64,000 nt of DNA from positions 2,243,630 to 2,307,629 of the forward strand of contig JADJEE010000012.1 in the NCBI GenBank assembly GCA_016709225.1, read 5' to 3'. Of this stretch, positions 51,447 to 61,136 are shown piece after piece (position 1 is the first letter of the stretch; the number at the start of each line of letters is the position of its first letter). Under the pieces are notes generated by a model. It did no database searches. It was given only the letters and a program-made list of their open reading frames with translations, and was not told the DNA's origin. The position numbers and the translations under genes were made by a program. The stretch comes from Deltaproteobacteria bacterium. GTDB taxonomy: Bacteria; Myxococcota_A; Polyangia; Nannocystales; Nannocystaceae.

Positions 51447-52823
51447 ATGCGCCACCGCTCCCCCGCGATCCACCACGTCACCGTCGCGCTTGCCCTCGCC
51501 GCCTGCGGTCGCGACGACGCCCACGATGCCGACACGAGCACCGAGTCCTCCACCGGCTCGGCATCGACGGCTTCGACGAGCGTCTCCGCCACCGCAGATG
51601 CCACCGGCATCACGACCGACAGCTCGGCCGAAGCGAGCTCGGGCGTGACCGCCTCGACCACCGACGCGGGCGATGACACCACCACCACCGGCGAACCCGT
51701 CGGCCCTGGCGGCTGCGCTGGCGAGGGCGCGCCGCTCACCGATCTCGAGCGCGACATCGCGGAGCTCCCCGCCGACACCTGGTGGTCTGCGCCCGACACG
51801 AAGATGCGTGCGGTGTGCTCCGACGATCTGAGCGAGTACATGTGTGCATCCGTCATCGCGGCGTGGAGCGGCGGCGCGTGGGATCCCGTGCATCGGCAGA
51901 TGCTGATCTTCGGCGGCGGCCACACCGACTCGGGGGACAACGCGCTCTACGCCTTCGACCTGGGCACGCTCGCGTGGTCGCGACTCACCGAGCACTCGTC
52001 GGTCGATCTGAAGGACGCGGATCCCCTGCCCGATGGGCAACCCGCGTCGCGCCACACCTACGACGGGCTGCAGTACCTCACGGGCGCGCAGCGCCTGTTC
52101 GCGTGGGGCGGATCGCAGTGGGAGAACGGCGGCATCACGAACATCACGTGGACGTTCGATCACGCCTCGGGCTGGCACGACACCGGCGTGCAACCGCCGA
52201 TGCCGTTCACCTACGCCCACGGCACGGCCTACGACGCCGCCAGCGATCGCGTGATCATGCACCACGACTACGGCCTGCACGCCTTCGACCCCGCGAGCAA
52301 CACATGGACCAAGCTCGAGGACTACGGCACGCCGCCCTACTGGCCGCGCTATTCGATCTCGGGTGACTACCGCGGCGTCGTCGACAGCTCGCGCGGGCTG
52401 GTGTGGTTCCTCGGTGCGCGGCTCTACCTGGTCTACGATCTCGCCACCGGTGAGCACGTCACTGACGACTGGATCACGCAGGGCGGCGGCGCGTTCACCA
52501 ACGCCGATGCGGTCGCCGGTCACCCCGAGCAGGTGATCCAGACCGGCGGCGCCGTCGTGATCGAGGCCGCAGGGCCCGGCGTCGACTACGATCCCGCGGG
52601 CGACGCCCTGGTCGCGTGGGCCGGCGGTGCGCCGTGGCGCCTCGATCTCGCGAGTAAGACGTGGAGCGAGCTCTCGGCCGAGGGCGCCCCCGCAGCACCG
52701 CAATCATCGGGCGGCACGTACGGTCGCTGGCGCTACGTCCCCCGCGTCAACGCGTTCATCCTCGTCAACGACGTCGACCAGGACGTGGTGTTCTACAAGC
52801 ACACCGCCGGCTGCGGTCCGTGA
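51447..52823 (+). CDS. Secreted lipoprotein with a Kelch/galactose-oxidase-like beta-propeller
   Basis: Lipobox (LALAACG). Ser/Thr linker. Repeated W/Y-containing blades (LYAFD, LFAWGG, LHAFD). Confidence 0.65.
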   Translation: MRHRSPAIHHVTVALALAACGRDDAHDADTSTESSTGSASTASTSVSATADATGITTDSSAEASSGVTASTTDAGDDTTTTGEPVGPGGCAGEGAPLTDLERDIAELPADTWWSAPDTKMRAVCSDDLSEYMCASVIAAWSGGAWDPVHRQMLIFGGGHTDSGDNALYAFDLGTLAWSRLTEHSSVDLKDADPLPDGQPASRHTYDGLQYLTGAQRLFAWGGSQWENGGITNITWTFDHASGWHDTGVQPPMPFTYAHGTAYDAASDRVIMHHDYGLHAFDPASNTWTKLEDYGTPPYWPRYSISGDYRGVVDSSRGLVWFLGARLYLVYDLATGEHVTDDWITQGGGAFTNADAVAGHPEQVIQTGGAVVIEAAGPGVDYDPAGDALVAWAGGAPWRLDLASKTWSELSAEGAPAAPQSSGGTYGRWRYVPRVNAFILVNDVDQDVVFYKHTAGCGP

Positions 52824-52932
52824 TCCCGCGGGCGACCACCAACCGGTGCCGCGCAGGTCGTGGGTGTGGTGGAACCGCTGCGCGCGCGGGTAACCTGGGC
52901 GTCGCGGTCGGCGTCCGATCGCCTGCACCGTC

Positions 52933-53958
52933 ATGTCGTCGCTCGCCATCCCGCTGTCCATCCTCGATCTCGCGCCGATCCGCGAGGGCGGCACCGTCGC
53001 CGATGCGCTGCACGAGAGCCTCGCGCTCGCCCGCGCCGCCGAGCGCCTGGGCTACCGGCGCCACTGGGTCGCGGAGCACCACGGCATGCCTGGCATCGCG
53101 AGCGCGGCGACGGCGGTCGTGATGGCCCACCTCGCGGCGGGCACGTCGACGATTCGCATCGGGGCCGGCGGCATCATGCTGCCGAATCACGCGCCGCTGG
53201 TGATCGCCGAGCAGTTCGGCACGCTCGCGGCGCTGCACCCTGGCCGCATCGACCTCGGCCTGGGGCGTGCGCCGGGCAGCGACGGGCGCACCGCTCGCGC
53301 GCTGCGTCGCGACCCCGCGCGCGCCGACGCGTTCGCCGATGACGTGCGCGAGCTGCAGCAGCTACTGGCGCGACCGAGCCCCACGCAAGCGATCGTCGCG
53401 ACCCCGGGCGCCGGCAGCGACGTGCCGCTGTGGATCCTCGGCTCGAGTTTGTTCGGGGCCCAGCTCGCGGCCGCCTACGGGCTGCCGTTCGCGTTCGCCT
53501 CGCACTTCGCACCCGACGCCTTGATGGATGCGCTCGCGATCTACCGCCGTCGCTTCGTGCCCTCGGCGCAGCTCGAGCAGCCCTACGCCATGCTCGGCCT
53601 CAACGTCCTCGCCGCCGAGACCGACGCGGCCGCGCGCCGCTCGTTCACGACCGTGCAGCAGGCCTTCGCCAACCTCGTGCGCGGCCAACCCGGCAAGTTC
53701 CGACCGCCCGTCGCCGACATCGAGGGCCACTGGTCCGCGGCCGAGAAGCAGCATGCCGAGCACATGCTGCGTCACGCCGTCGTCGGCTCACCCAGCACCG
53801 TGCGCGATGGCCTCGCACGCTTCGTCGAGCAGACCCGCGCCAACGAGCTGATCATCACGACCACGACCTGGGATCCCGCGCAGCGTCTCGCGTCGTACGC
53901 GATCGTGGCGGAGCTCGCCGGACTCGAGGGCGCCGCCGCACTGCCGCCCGCATCGTGA
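52933..53958 (+). CDS. LLM-class (luciferase-like) flavin-dependent oxidoreductase
   Basis: [15 protein letters not shown]...RHWVAEHH...TIRIGAGG: canonical LLM N-terminal and TIM-barrel motifs. Confidence 0.85.
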   Translation: MSSLAIPLSILDLAPIREGGTVADALHESLALARAAERLGYRRHWVAEHHGMPGIASAATAVVMAHLAAGTSTIRIGAGGIMLPNHAPLVIAEQFGTLAALHPGRIDLGLGRAPGSDGRTARALRRDPARADAFADDVRELQQLLARPSPTQAIVATPGAGSDVPLWILGSSLFGAQLAAAYGLPFAFASHFAPDALMDALAIYRRRFVPSAQLEQPYAMLGLNVLAAETDAAARRSFTTVQQAFANLVRGQPGKFRPPVADIEGHWSAAEKQHAEHMLRHAVVGSPSTVRDGLARFVEQTRANELIITTTTWDPAQRLASYAIVAELAGLEGAAALPPAS

Positions 53959-53991
53959 GCGACCCCACCCAGGCGCGAGCTCGCCCCCGTC

Positions 53992-55590
53992 CTACTGCTC
54001 GAGCACGGCGGCCGCGAGCTCGATCTGCTCGTCGGTGAGGTGCCGGAAGCGGGCCGGCGGCATGAGCAGCGCCGAGTCCTTCGGGGCCCGGAGCCGATCG
54101 GCCGCGAGCTGCTTCTCGGCCGCCGACATCTGATCGAGGGTCTCGACGTTGAAGCGCGCGCGCGTGAGCGACTGATCGAGCCGCGAGTTGTGGCACTGGA
54201 TGCACATCTGCGTGAGGATCTCCTCGCCGGTCGCGTCGGGCCGCGGCGTGATCGTCATGTCGGGCAGCGCTGCGTCGAGGAACACGTCGCTGATGTCGGG
54301 CAGCTGATCGGGCGAGGTGACGCCGTTGCGCACGTCGAGGTACGCGTCGGTCATGTCGGCGACCTTCTGCGCATCGGTCACGCGGAAGTCGTGATACGGC
54401 GGCGGGATCGCGCTGCCGCCGAGGTAGGCGGCATAGAGACCATCCCAGGTGTTGCTCTGGCCCGGCGGCACGTTCACGCCCGGCTGCATCGGGTTCGAGG
54501 CGGTGACCTCGTTGTTGATCATGTCGGTGATGAACTGATTGGGCTGCGCGATGAAGCCGTTGTTCTCGACGAAGTTCTCGAGCGCCGGTGGGCCGGCGAA
54601 GGTGCCCTGCGGGGCGCGGCAGCCGCTGGCGTAGTTGAGCGCGGGGATGCCGGCGTAGTCCTCACCGGAGTGCGCAGCGCGGAAGTCCGCGCACAGGAAG
54701 ACGTTGCCCTGGGGCTCGTCGAACAACCAGTGCGTCCACGGGAACTGCAGCTCCTGCATGCGCAGGATCGATGCCGTGCCGGGACCATCGGGCTCGTGGC
54801 ATTGCTTGCAATCGAAGATGGTGTTGGCGATGTCGACGTCCTCGTAGAGCGTGTACTTGGTGTAGTCGCTCTCGATCGCGGGCGTGAAGAGATCACCGGG
54901 TGAGCAGCCGCCGGGCTGGTCGTTGCAGGCCTGCTCGAACTTGAAGAGGAAGAAGCGCAGCTGATCGTTCGCGGTGGTGTCCTTGGCGACCAGCTCGACG
55001 AACTGCTCGCCGCGCGTGAAGCCGAGCGCGGCGTAGTGATCGTTGGGCAGCAGGTTGCCCTGGCGCGGCTGGCCGCCGCGCGGTCGGGTGAACATGATGG
55101 CGCGGGGATTGATCGGCGAGACCAGCCGCATCACCAGCGACGACGAGTGCGAGCTGAGCGCGAACGACGTGGTCGTCGGATCGGTCATGTCGAGACCAAT
55201 GAAGTTCTGCAGCTCCACGAGGCTCGCGATCGTCGGCTGATCGTCGGTGGCGCAGAACGCCTGCGAGATCGGGTCGCCGTGCCCGCGGGCACACAGCGCA
55301 TCGTGCTGGTCCTCGCCGTCGGGCAGACCATCGAAGGGATCGGTCGGATAGTCGTCGCCGCCACCGCCGGTGCTCTCCTCGCCGCCACCGCCCGAGCTCG
55401 AGTCGCCGCCGCCCTGCGTGGTGCCGGGGCCTCCACCGCTGCCGCTGCTGCCGTCGCTGCCCATGCCCACCGTTGCCGAGGGCAAGGTATCGCCCTCGCT
55501 GCCGCTGCTGCCGTCGGCGCCCATCGGGCTCGCACCCGCGTAGCAACCCGCCAGACATGAACCAATCCACAACCACGCTGAGCGTCGCAT
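53992..55590 (-). CDS. Secreted di-heme c-type cytochrome-domain lipoprotein, hypothetical
   Basis: Lipobox (GSCLAGC). Gly/Ser linker. Two CxxCH (CKQCH, CIQCH) within planctomycete-cytochrome-like domains. Confidence 0.65.
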   Translation of the reverse strand: MRRSAWLWIGSCLAGCYAGASPMGADGSSGSEGDTLPSATVGMGSDGSSGSGGGPGTTQGGGDSSSGGGGEESTGGGGDDYPTDPFDGLPDGEDQHDALCARGHGDPISQAFCATDDQPTIASLVELQNFIGLDMTDPTTTSFALSSHSSSLVMRLVSPINPRAIMFTRPRGGQPRQGNLLPNDHYAALGFTRGEQFVELVAKDTTANDQLRFFLFKFEQACNDQPGGCSPGDLFTPAIESDYTKYTLYEDVDIANTIFDCKQCHEPDGPGTASILRMQELQFPWTHWLFDEPQGNVFLCADFRAAHSGEDYAGIPALNYASGCRAPQGTFAGPPALENFVENNGFIAQPNQFITDMINNEVTASNPMQPGVNVPPGQSNTWDGLYAAYLGGSAIPPPYHDFRVTDAQKVADMTDAYLDVRNGVTSPDQLPDISDVFLDAALPDMTITPRPDATGEEILTQMCIQCHNSRLDQSLTRARFNVETLDQMSAAEKQLAADRLRAPKDSALLMPPARFRHLTDEQIELAAAVLEQ

Positions 55591-55753
55591 CGTCGCATCC
55601 CCCACGCAGGTCTTCACCCGCGTTGCCGTCGGTAACTCGGCGCCCGCGCGGATTACAGCTGGGGTGCGCAGCGCGTCGGTCTACGCACCGAGGTGCAGCA
55701 CCCCGCAAAGAAGTCAGAGGCGGGCAAGGGGTGCTGCTACGCTCGCGACCTTC

Positions 55754-56443
55754 ATGCTCCGCACGCTGACGCTGTCCCTCGTCGCTCTCACGGCATGTGC
55801 GAAGACCTCGACGCCGGGCTCCGACGGCGATGCGCCGACGCCGCCCGCCAAGCCGACCGATCGCGACAGCCCCGAGCCCGAGCTGCCGGCACCGCTGCCG
55901 CGCGATGATCGAGCCGCCGTCGCGGAGGCGCTGCGGCCCCACGGCGTCACGCTCGACGACAGCGACTGCATCGCGTGGCCGCCGAGCTTCCCCCGCGTGG
56001 TCGTGATCGGCTCGTTCGCCAACGATCGCGGCTGCCAGCACAGCGGCACGCTGGTGGACCGGCAGTGGTCCACCGACGAGGCCTCGGTCGCGGGCCTCGC
56101 GACCCGTGGCTTCGCGTCGGCGAGTCTCGACGACAAGCACACCATCGCCCGCGCGTGGGTCGACGAGGTCAACCACGCCTTCGGCCACGACTTCGTCACG
56201 GCCAGCGAGCCGGCGTTCTCACAGCCTGGCAGCCCCGCGTTCACGCCCGTGCACGTGCGCGACGACAAGCTCGCGGGCGTCGTCATCGAGGGCTGGGTTC
56301 GCCTGCCGTCCGGCATGGTCGACGAGACCGCGTACGCGTTCGAGAAGCACCGGATCACACGCGACGGCGCGCACAGCCATGAGTCCGATCGGCGCTTCGC
56401 GGTCGACGGCGCGGTGCTGCGCGGCGAGACGACGAAGCCGTAG
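55754..56443 (+). CDS. Secreted lipoprotein, hypothetical
   Basis: ATG 55754. Lipobox (LVALTAC). 229 aa. Confidence 0.45.
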   Translation: MLRTLTLSLVALTACAKTSTPGSDGDAPTPPAKPTDRDSPEPELPAPLPRDDRAAVAEALRPHGVTLDDSDCIAWPPSFPRVVVIGSFANDRGCQHSGTLVDRQWSTDEASVAGLATRGFASASLDDKHTIARAWVDEVNHAFGHDFVTASEPAFSQPGSPAFTPVHVRDDKLAGVVIEGWVRLPSGMVDETAYAFEKHRITRDGAHSHESDRRFAVDGAVLRGETTKP

Positions 56444-56463
56444 CGGCACTGCGCCGGTCGGCT

Positions 56464-58482
56464 TCAGAAGCGCGCCGAGATCACCGAGTTCCCGCCGTCG
56501 CGCACGACCTCGTCGGCGTGGATCGTGATCAACGCGGTCCCCGGTGCCAACCCGAGCTTGCTGCTCAGATCGATCTCCGGCAGGGTGCTCTGAGCGAAGC
56601 CGTCGGTCCCCAGCTGACCGAGCAGACCCACCACCAGCTGCGCCTCGAGCAGCTCGGTGAGCGACTCCTCCATGCCGATGTGCGCGTCGTCGGCGGTGAG
56701 CTCGGTCTGCACCAGCTCGACCTCGCCGAGATCGATCGAGACGCCGGTCTCACCCGCGTTCAGGCTCATCTCCACCACCAGTGTGGTGAATGCGGTGAAC
56801 TCGACGGGGTTGCCGTTGCTGGTGAAGCTGGCATCGATGCGGATGTCGCCGATCGTCGCCAGCAGCTTTCCGCCGGGTCCACAGTCGGAGATCGTCGGCG
56901 CGAGCATGCCGCTGACGTCGACCTTCAGGTCCTCCAGCAGCCCGCCGCCGGCGCCATCGCCAAGCGGGAACTCGAGCAGGCCGCCGCGCCAGCCCGCGAA
57001 CAGCAGCTGGTTGAGCGTGTCGTCGGCGAGCACGATCTCGAGCGGCGCGCTGCGAGGCATCGAGAGCGCCTGCGGGCCGGCCCCGCAGCCGTCGCGATTG
57101 GGCACGCCGTCGTTCTCGTAGGGCGTGACGGCGAGCGTCGGGTAGCCACCGGCACGCAACACCACCGCACCGCCCTGCGGTGGCGAGGGCTCGGGGGGCG
57201 CGACGCCGTCGTGGAAGTCGGTGCTGGCGAAGTCGGCCACCAGCTCGACCGGGATCGACTTGCGCGCGTTGCCGAGGTTGGGAAAGTCGAAGGTCGTCGC
57301 CAGCGAGAGGTCCGACAGGCCACCGGCGAGCGCGGGGCCGAGGTTCGACTCGATCTGGTCCTCGAGTGCGCCCTCGAGGCTCGAGACCAGCGAGTCGTGG
57401 ATGAAGATCTCGACCACCGACAGCAGGAAGTTGGTCCAGCCGTTGTTGGACCAGATGTCGACGTCGTCGGGATCGACCGTCGCGTCGACACCCGAGAGCG
57501 TCGCGACCAGGTGGTGCTCGGCGTCGACGTCGATCGAGAGCAGGCCGTCGACCTGCACCGCGGATACGCTCACGCCGCCGGTGCCGTCGCCACCGGCGAG
57601 CTCGCAACCGAAGTTGGTGCAGTCGAAGACGAGGTCGCCGACGATGTCCTGGATCGCCGCGCCGATGTGGATGCCACCGTCGGCGCCCTGCAACGAGACC
57701 TCGGCGCTGCCGAGATCGAGCGAGCTGAGGTAGACGTCGAAGCCCGCACTGCTGGTGATCGGCGTGGTTGGATCGGCGAACTGGTTGGTGTCGAACGACG
57801 CCAACGCGAGCTCGAGCGCGGTCGCGAGATCGTCGAGCGGCAGCGCGTGGTCGCCGTCATCGAGCGACTCCTGACCGAGCCAGAAGCCGAGCCCCTCGGG
57901 TACGGGTTGGTCGCCCGCGGTCATCGGCTCGCGGAAGCCGGTCGACCACAGGAACGACTGCACGCGACGGCGCGCGTTGCCGGCGCTATCGGTGGCCTCG
58001 AACACCAGGAGGTTGCCGCCGACCACCGCATCGACGGTGTGGCTGAAGCTGCCATCGGGCGCGACCTCGACCGGCTCGCCACCGAGCGTCAGGGAGGTGA
58101 TGTCACCCAGGCCGCTGTGGACGTTTCCGGTCACCGTGACGCTCGACGACCCGACCGCGCCGGTCACGGTCGCGGCGCGGGGCGGGTACTCGACGTCGAT
58201 CGCGGGGCGGCAGGCGTTGTCGACCAGCGGTGCGTGGGTGCAGGTATCGCCGTCACACTGATCGATCGTGCACGGATCGCCGTCGTCGCAGGTGGCCATG
58301 CAATCGCCCGCGGTCCCGTCGGCCTCGGCCGCGGTCGCACTGACCGTATTGCCGCCGCCGCTGCTGTCGCCCGCACTGCCACCGCCGTCGGCATGGCTGG
58401 TGTCGTGGCGGCAGGCACCGCACACCAACGAGGCGACCAGCGCGCCCATGCTCGGAAACCAACCCGCCGCCCGTCCACGCAT
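56464..58482 (-). CDS. Large secreted protein with a Myxococcus-type Cys-rich repeat, hypothetical
   Basis: ATG 58482. Signal (MGALVASLVCGAC). DGDPCTIDQCDGDTCTHAP motif. About 670 aa. The upstream 350 aa of the track ORF is antisense read-through of 58568-60094. Confidence 0.6.
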   Translation of the reverse strand: MRGRAAGWFPSMGALVASLVCGACRHDTSHADGGGSAGDSSGGGNTVSATAAEADGTAGDCMATCDDGDPCTIDQCDGDTCTHAPLVDNACRPAIDVEYPPRAATVTGAVGSSSVTVTGNVHSGLGDITSLTLGGEPVEVAPDGSFSHTVDAVVGGNLLVFEATDSAGNARRRVQSFLWSTGFREPMTAGDQPVPEGLGFWLGQESLDDGDHALPLDDLATALELALASFDTNQFADPTTPITSSAGFDVYLSSLDLGSAEVSLQGADGGIHIGAAIQDIVGDLVFDCTNFGCELAGGDGTGGVSVSAVQVDGLLSIDVDAEHHLVATLSGVDATVDPDDVDIWSNNGWTNFLLSVVEIFIHDSLVSSLEGALEDQIESNLGPALAGGLSDLSLATTFDFPNLGNARKSIPVELVADFASTDFHDGVAPPEPSPPQGGAVVLRAGGYPTLAVTPYENDGVPNRDGCGAGPQALSMPRSAPLEIVLADDTLNQLLFAGWRGGLLEFPLGDGAGGGLLEDLKVDVSGMLAPTISDCGPGGKLLATIGDIRIDASFTSNGNPVEFTAFTTLVVEMSLNAGETGVSIDLGEVELVQTELTADDAHIGMEESLTELLEAQLVVGLLGQLGTDGFAQSTLPEIDLSSKLGLAPGTALITIHADEVVRDGGNSVISARF

Positions 58483-58567
58483 CGCGATCCACCGTAGCAC
58501 GCTCGACGCGCGCCATCGACCGCCAGGATTTGGTCTCGGCGACATCGGCTGATGTACTCTGATCGCT

Positions 58568-60094
58568 ATGCCTAGCCCTGGGACTCGTGTGCCTGCAGCC
58601 GTGTCGATCGTGGTGCCGAACCGTCGCCTCTTGCCCCGCGCCACACTCGCTGCCATGGCGATGGCGCTCGGTGCCTGCGCCGATCCGTGCCTCGACGATG
58701 GTCTGGGACAGTCGGCGTGTCCGGTGCAGCAGACCGATGGCGCCAGCGGCAGCAGCACCGGCGAGACCGACTCGAACAGCAACACGATCTCCGACTCCGA
58801 CTCCGCCAGCGCGACGCTGACCGCGGGCTCGGCCTCGATGAGCGCTTCGGCCAGCGACACCGACACCGACTCGGCGACCGCATCGGCATCGGCCAGCGCG
58901 ACCGACTCGGCCAGCGCAACCGACTCGGCGTCGGACTCGGGCAGCGCGAGTGACAGCGAAGGTGGCACGCAGTGGTGCCCCGACGCCGACATGGACGGCT
59001 TCGGCGACCCCGAGGGCTGCGTGAACGCGATGGACCCCCCGCCCGGCACCGTCGACAACGACGACGACTGCGACGACGGCGACGCGGACACCTTCCCCGG
59101 CGCGGCCCCCAACGACGACGCGACCGCGTGCATGCACGATGGTGACGGCGACGACTGGGGCGACGACAACCCCGGGCCCGGCGTCGACGCGGGCACCGAC
59201 TGCGACGACGAGGACGCCGAGACCTTCCCGGGTGCGGCCGAGGCCGAGGCCGATCCGACCCAGTGCAGCACCGACGCCGACGGCGACGGCTGGGGCGACG
59301 CGAACCCCAGCGGCACCGCGGTGCCGGGCGCCGACTGCTTCGACGGCAACGATGCGCTCAACCCCTCGACGATGGCGCTCACGGCATTCGTCAACCAGGG
59401 CTTCCAGCCGGTGGTCGCGACCGCGAGCACGCTCGACGCCGCACTCTCGACGGTGGCCCCGCTCGACACGCCATTCCAGTGGAATCCGGTGTCGGCGACG
59501 ATCGACGAGACCGGCCTCATCATCCTCAACAACGACTCGCAGAACCGGCTCTACTCCGTCGAGTACCTCGGGGTCTGCGACGGCAGCGAGGCCGAGGGCA
59601 CGACGACTGCGCTGCCGCAGTCCCACGGCATCGACGTCTTCTGCGGCCTCGGCTTCGGCGTCGACGGTCTGCTCTACGGCGTGCAGAACGCGACCGACGA
59701 GGTCGCCGAGTTCGATCCCACCACCGGTGCGGTGCTCAGCTCGGTGCCGCTGACGCTGGGCGGCACGCCGTTCGACGCCGGCTCGTGTGGCATGACCTTC
59801 GACTGCCACACCCAGCGCCTGCTCTACGCCCACGGCCCCAGCGGTGACATCTTCGCGCTCGACCCCGTCGCCGGCACGCTCGAGCTGGTCGCCGACACCG
59901 CCTTCACGTGGTCACCGACCGGCCTCGCCTACGATCCCGTCGATCGCGTGGTGTGGGTCGCCGGTGACACGACGATGTATCGCGTCGCGATCGACGGCAG
60001 CAACACCGTCGAAGAGATCGGCAACTTCGACTTCGGACCCGGCGGCGACGTGTCGGTCTCGAACATCGAGACGCTGCCGGTCTGCGTACCGTAG
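58568..60094 (+). CDS. Secreted lipoprotein with three MopE-like putative metal-binding repeats plus a C-terminal beta-propeller-like domain
   Basis: Lipobox (ALGAC). Repeats of D.DGDG(W/F)GD......G.DC(D/F)D.(D/N)A..(F/N)PGA. Ser/Asp/Ala-rich linker. Confidence 0.65.
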   Translation: MPSPGTRVPAAVSIVVPNRRLLPRATLAAMAMALGACADPCLDDGLGQSACPVQQTDGASGSSTGETDSNSNTISDSDSASATLTAGSASMSASASDTDTDSATASASASATDSASATDSASDSGSASDSEGGTQWCPDADMDGFGDPEGCVNAMDPPPGTVDNDDDCDDGDADTFPGAAPNDDATACMHDGDGDDWGDDNPGPGVDAGTDCDDEDAETFPGAAEAEADPTQCSTDADGDGWGDANPSGTAVPGADCFDGNDALNPSTMALTAFVNQGFQPVVATASTLDAALSTVAPLDTPFQWNPVSATIDETGLIILNNDSQNRLYSVEYLGVCDGSEAEGTTTALPQSHGIDVFCGLGFGVDGLLYGVQNATDEVAEFDPTTGAVLSSVPLTLGGTPFDAGSCGMTFDCHTQRLLYAHGPSGDIFALDPVAGTLELVADTAFTWSPTGLAYDPVDRVVWVAGDTTMYRVAIDGSNTVEEIGNFDFGPGGDVSVSNIETLPVCVP

Positions 60095-60134
60095 CGGCGG
60101 GTTGCGCCGAAGCTGGCGCCTCAGCGTCGATGCG

Positions 60135-61121
60135 CTACGGCGTCGTGCAGTGAGAGGCGCTGCAGTGATGGCAGCGCCCGCTGCTCGTCGCGTCGTCGAC
60201 GAGCCGCATCGCTCGTCCATCGAACGCGTAGTGACGGGTGCGTTCGTGGTGATCGGGCACCATCGACGCACCCCCGCGCGTCGCCCACGACGCGGCGGTG
60301 TGCAGTTCGCGGATGCCATGATCGAAGCCGGCGACGTGGGAGCTGACGTCGACGAACCCGATGAACGTGCCGATGCGGTGGCCGCAGCTCCCGCGCATGA
60401 CGTAGGCATCGTGGGGCACCTCCCACGGGCAAGTGCCGCCCTCGGCGTGCGGTACGACCACGTCGAGCTGGCCATCGCCGTCGAGGTCGATGAGCGGCGT
60501 CGTCGACAGCAGCCAGCGAACCGAAGATTCGCGGAACTCGCCTTGCTGATCGATGCCCGACGAGGTCACCAGGATCTCACGGGCCTGCGTAGGCGGCTTC
60601 ACACAGGGTCCGGGGAGCGACGAGACGGGCTGGTGCCCGACCGGGAGCCACTGCACCGTGGCCTCGACCTCGCCGTTGCCGCGCGCGCCGATGTCGACGC
60701 CGACGCGGCGATCGTGGCCGATCCACGCGCAGGTGTGACGCGGCGCTTCGACACACGGGGTCACGCGCGTGAAGCCACCGGTCTCGAGGACCTCGCCCCA
60801 CGTCGCCGCGACCTCGGTGTACGACGCATCCGCGACGTGATGGCGCAGGCGCAGATCGCCGCCCTCGCCGATCGACACCGACGCATCTGCGGGGTCGTAG
60901 ATGGACGGGAACAGCAGTGCCGGTGGCCACTCGGCGGGACGAGCGAAGGTGTGCGTGCGATCCGGCGCGACCGCGCGCGATGCCGTGCCGGCTGTCTCGG
61001 CGACGGTGGGCACAGGACTCGCGTCCGGTGAGGCGTGGGCGGTCGTCGCGTCTGGCGGGCGCGCCGACGAGTTGGATGCGGCACAGGCGAATGAGGCGAC
61101 CCACAACGCACCCGCCGCCAT
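60135..61121 (-). CDS. Secreted hypothetical protein (FG-GAP-like DLDGDGQLDVVV segment, CHHC tail)
   Basis: ATG 61121. Signal (ALWVASFACAAS). 328 aa. Confidence 0.5.
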   Translation of the reverse strand: MAAGALWVASFACAASNSSARPPDATTAHASPDASPVPTVAETAGTASRAVAPDRTHTFARPAEWPPALLFPSIYDPADASVSIGEGGDLRLRHHVADASYTEVAATWGEVLETGGFTRVTPCVEAPRHTCAWIGHDRRVGVDIGARGNGEVEATVQWLPVGHQPVSSLPGPCVKPPTQAREILVTSSGIDQQGEFRESSVRWLLSTTPLIDLDGDGQLDVVVPHAEGGTCPWEVPHDAYVMRGSCGHRIGTFIGFVDVSSHVAGFDHGIRELHTAASWATRGGASMVPDHHERTRHYAFDGRAMRLVDDATSSGRCHHCSASHCTTP

Positions 61122-61136
61122 TGCCCGAGGACGTCT

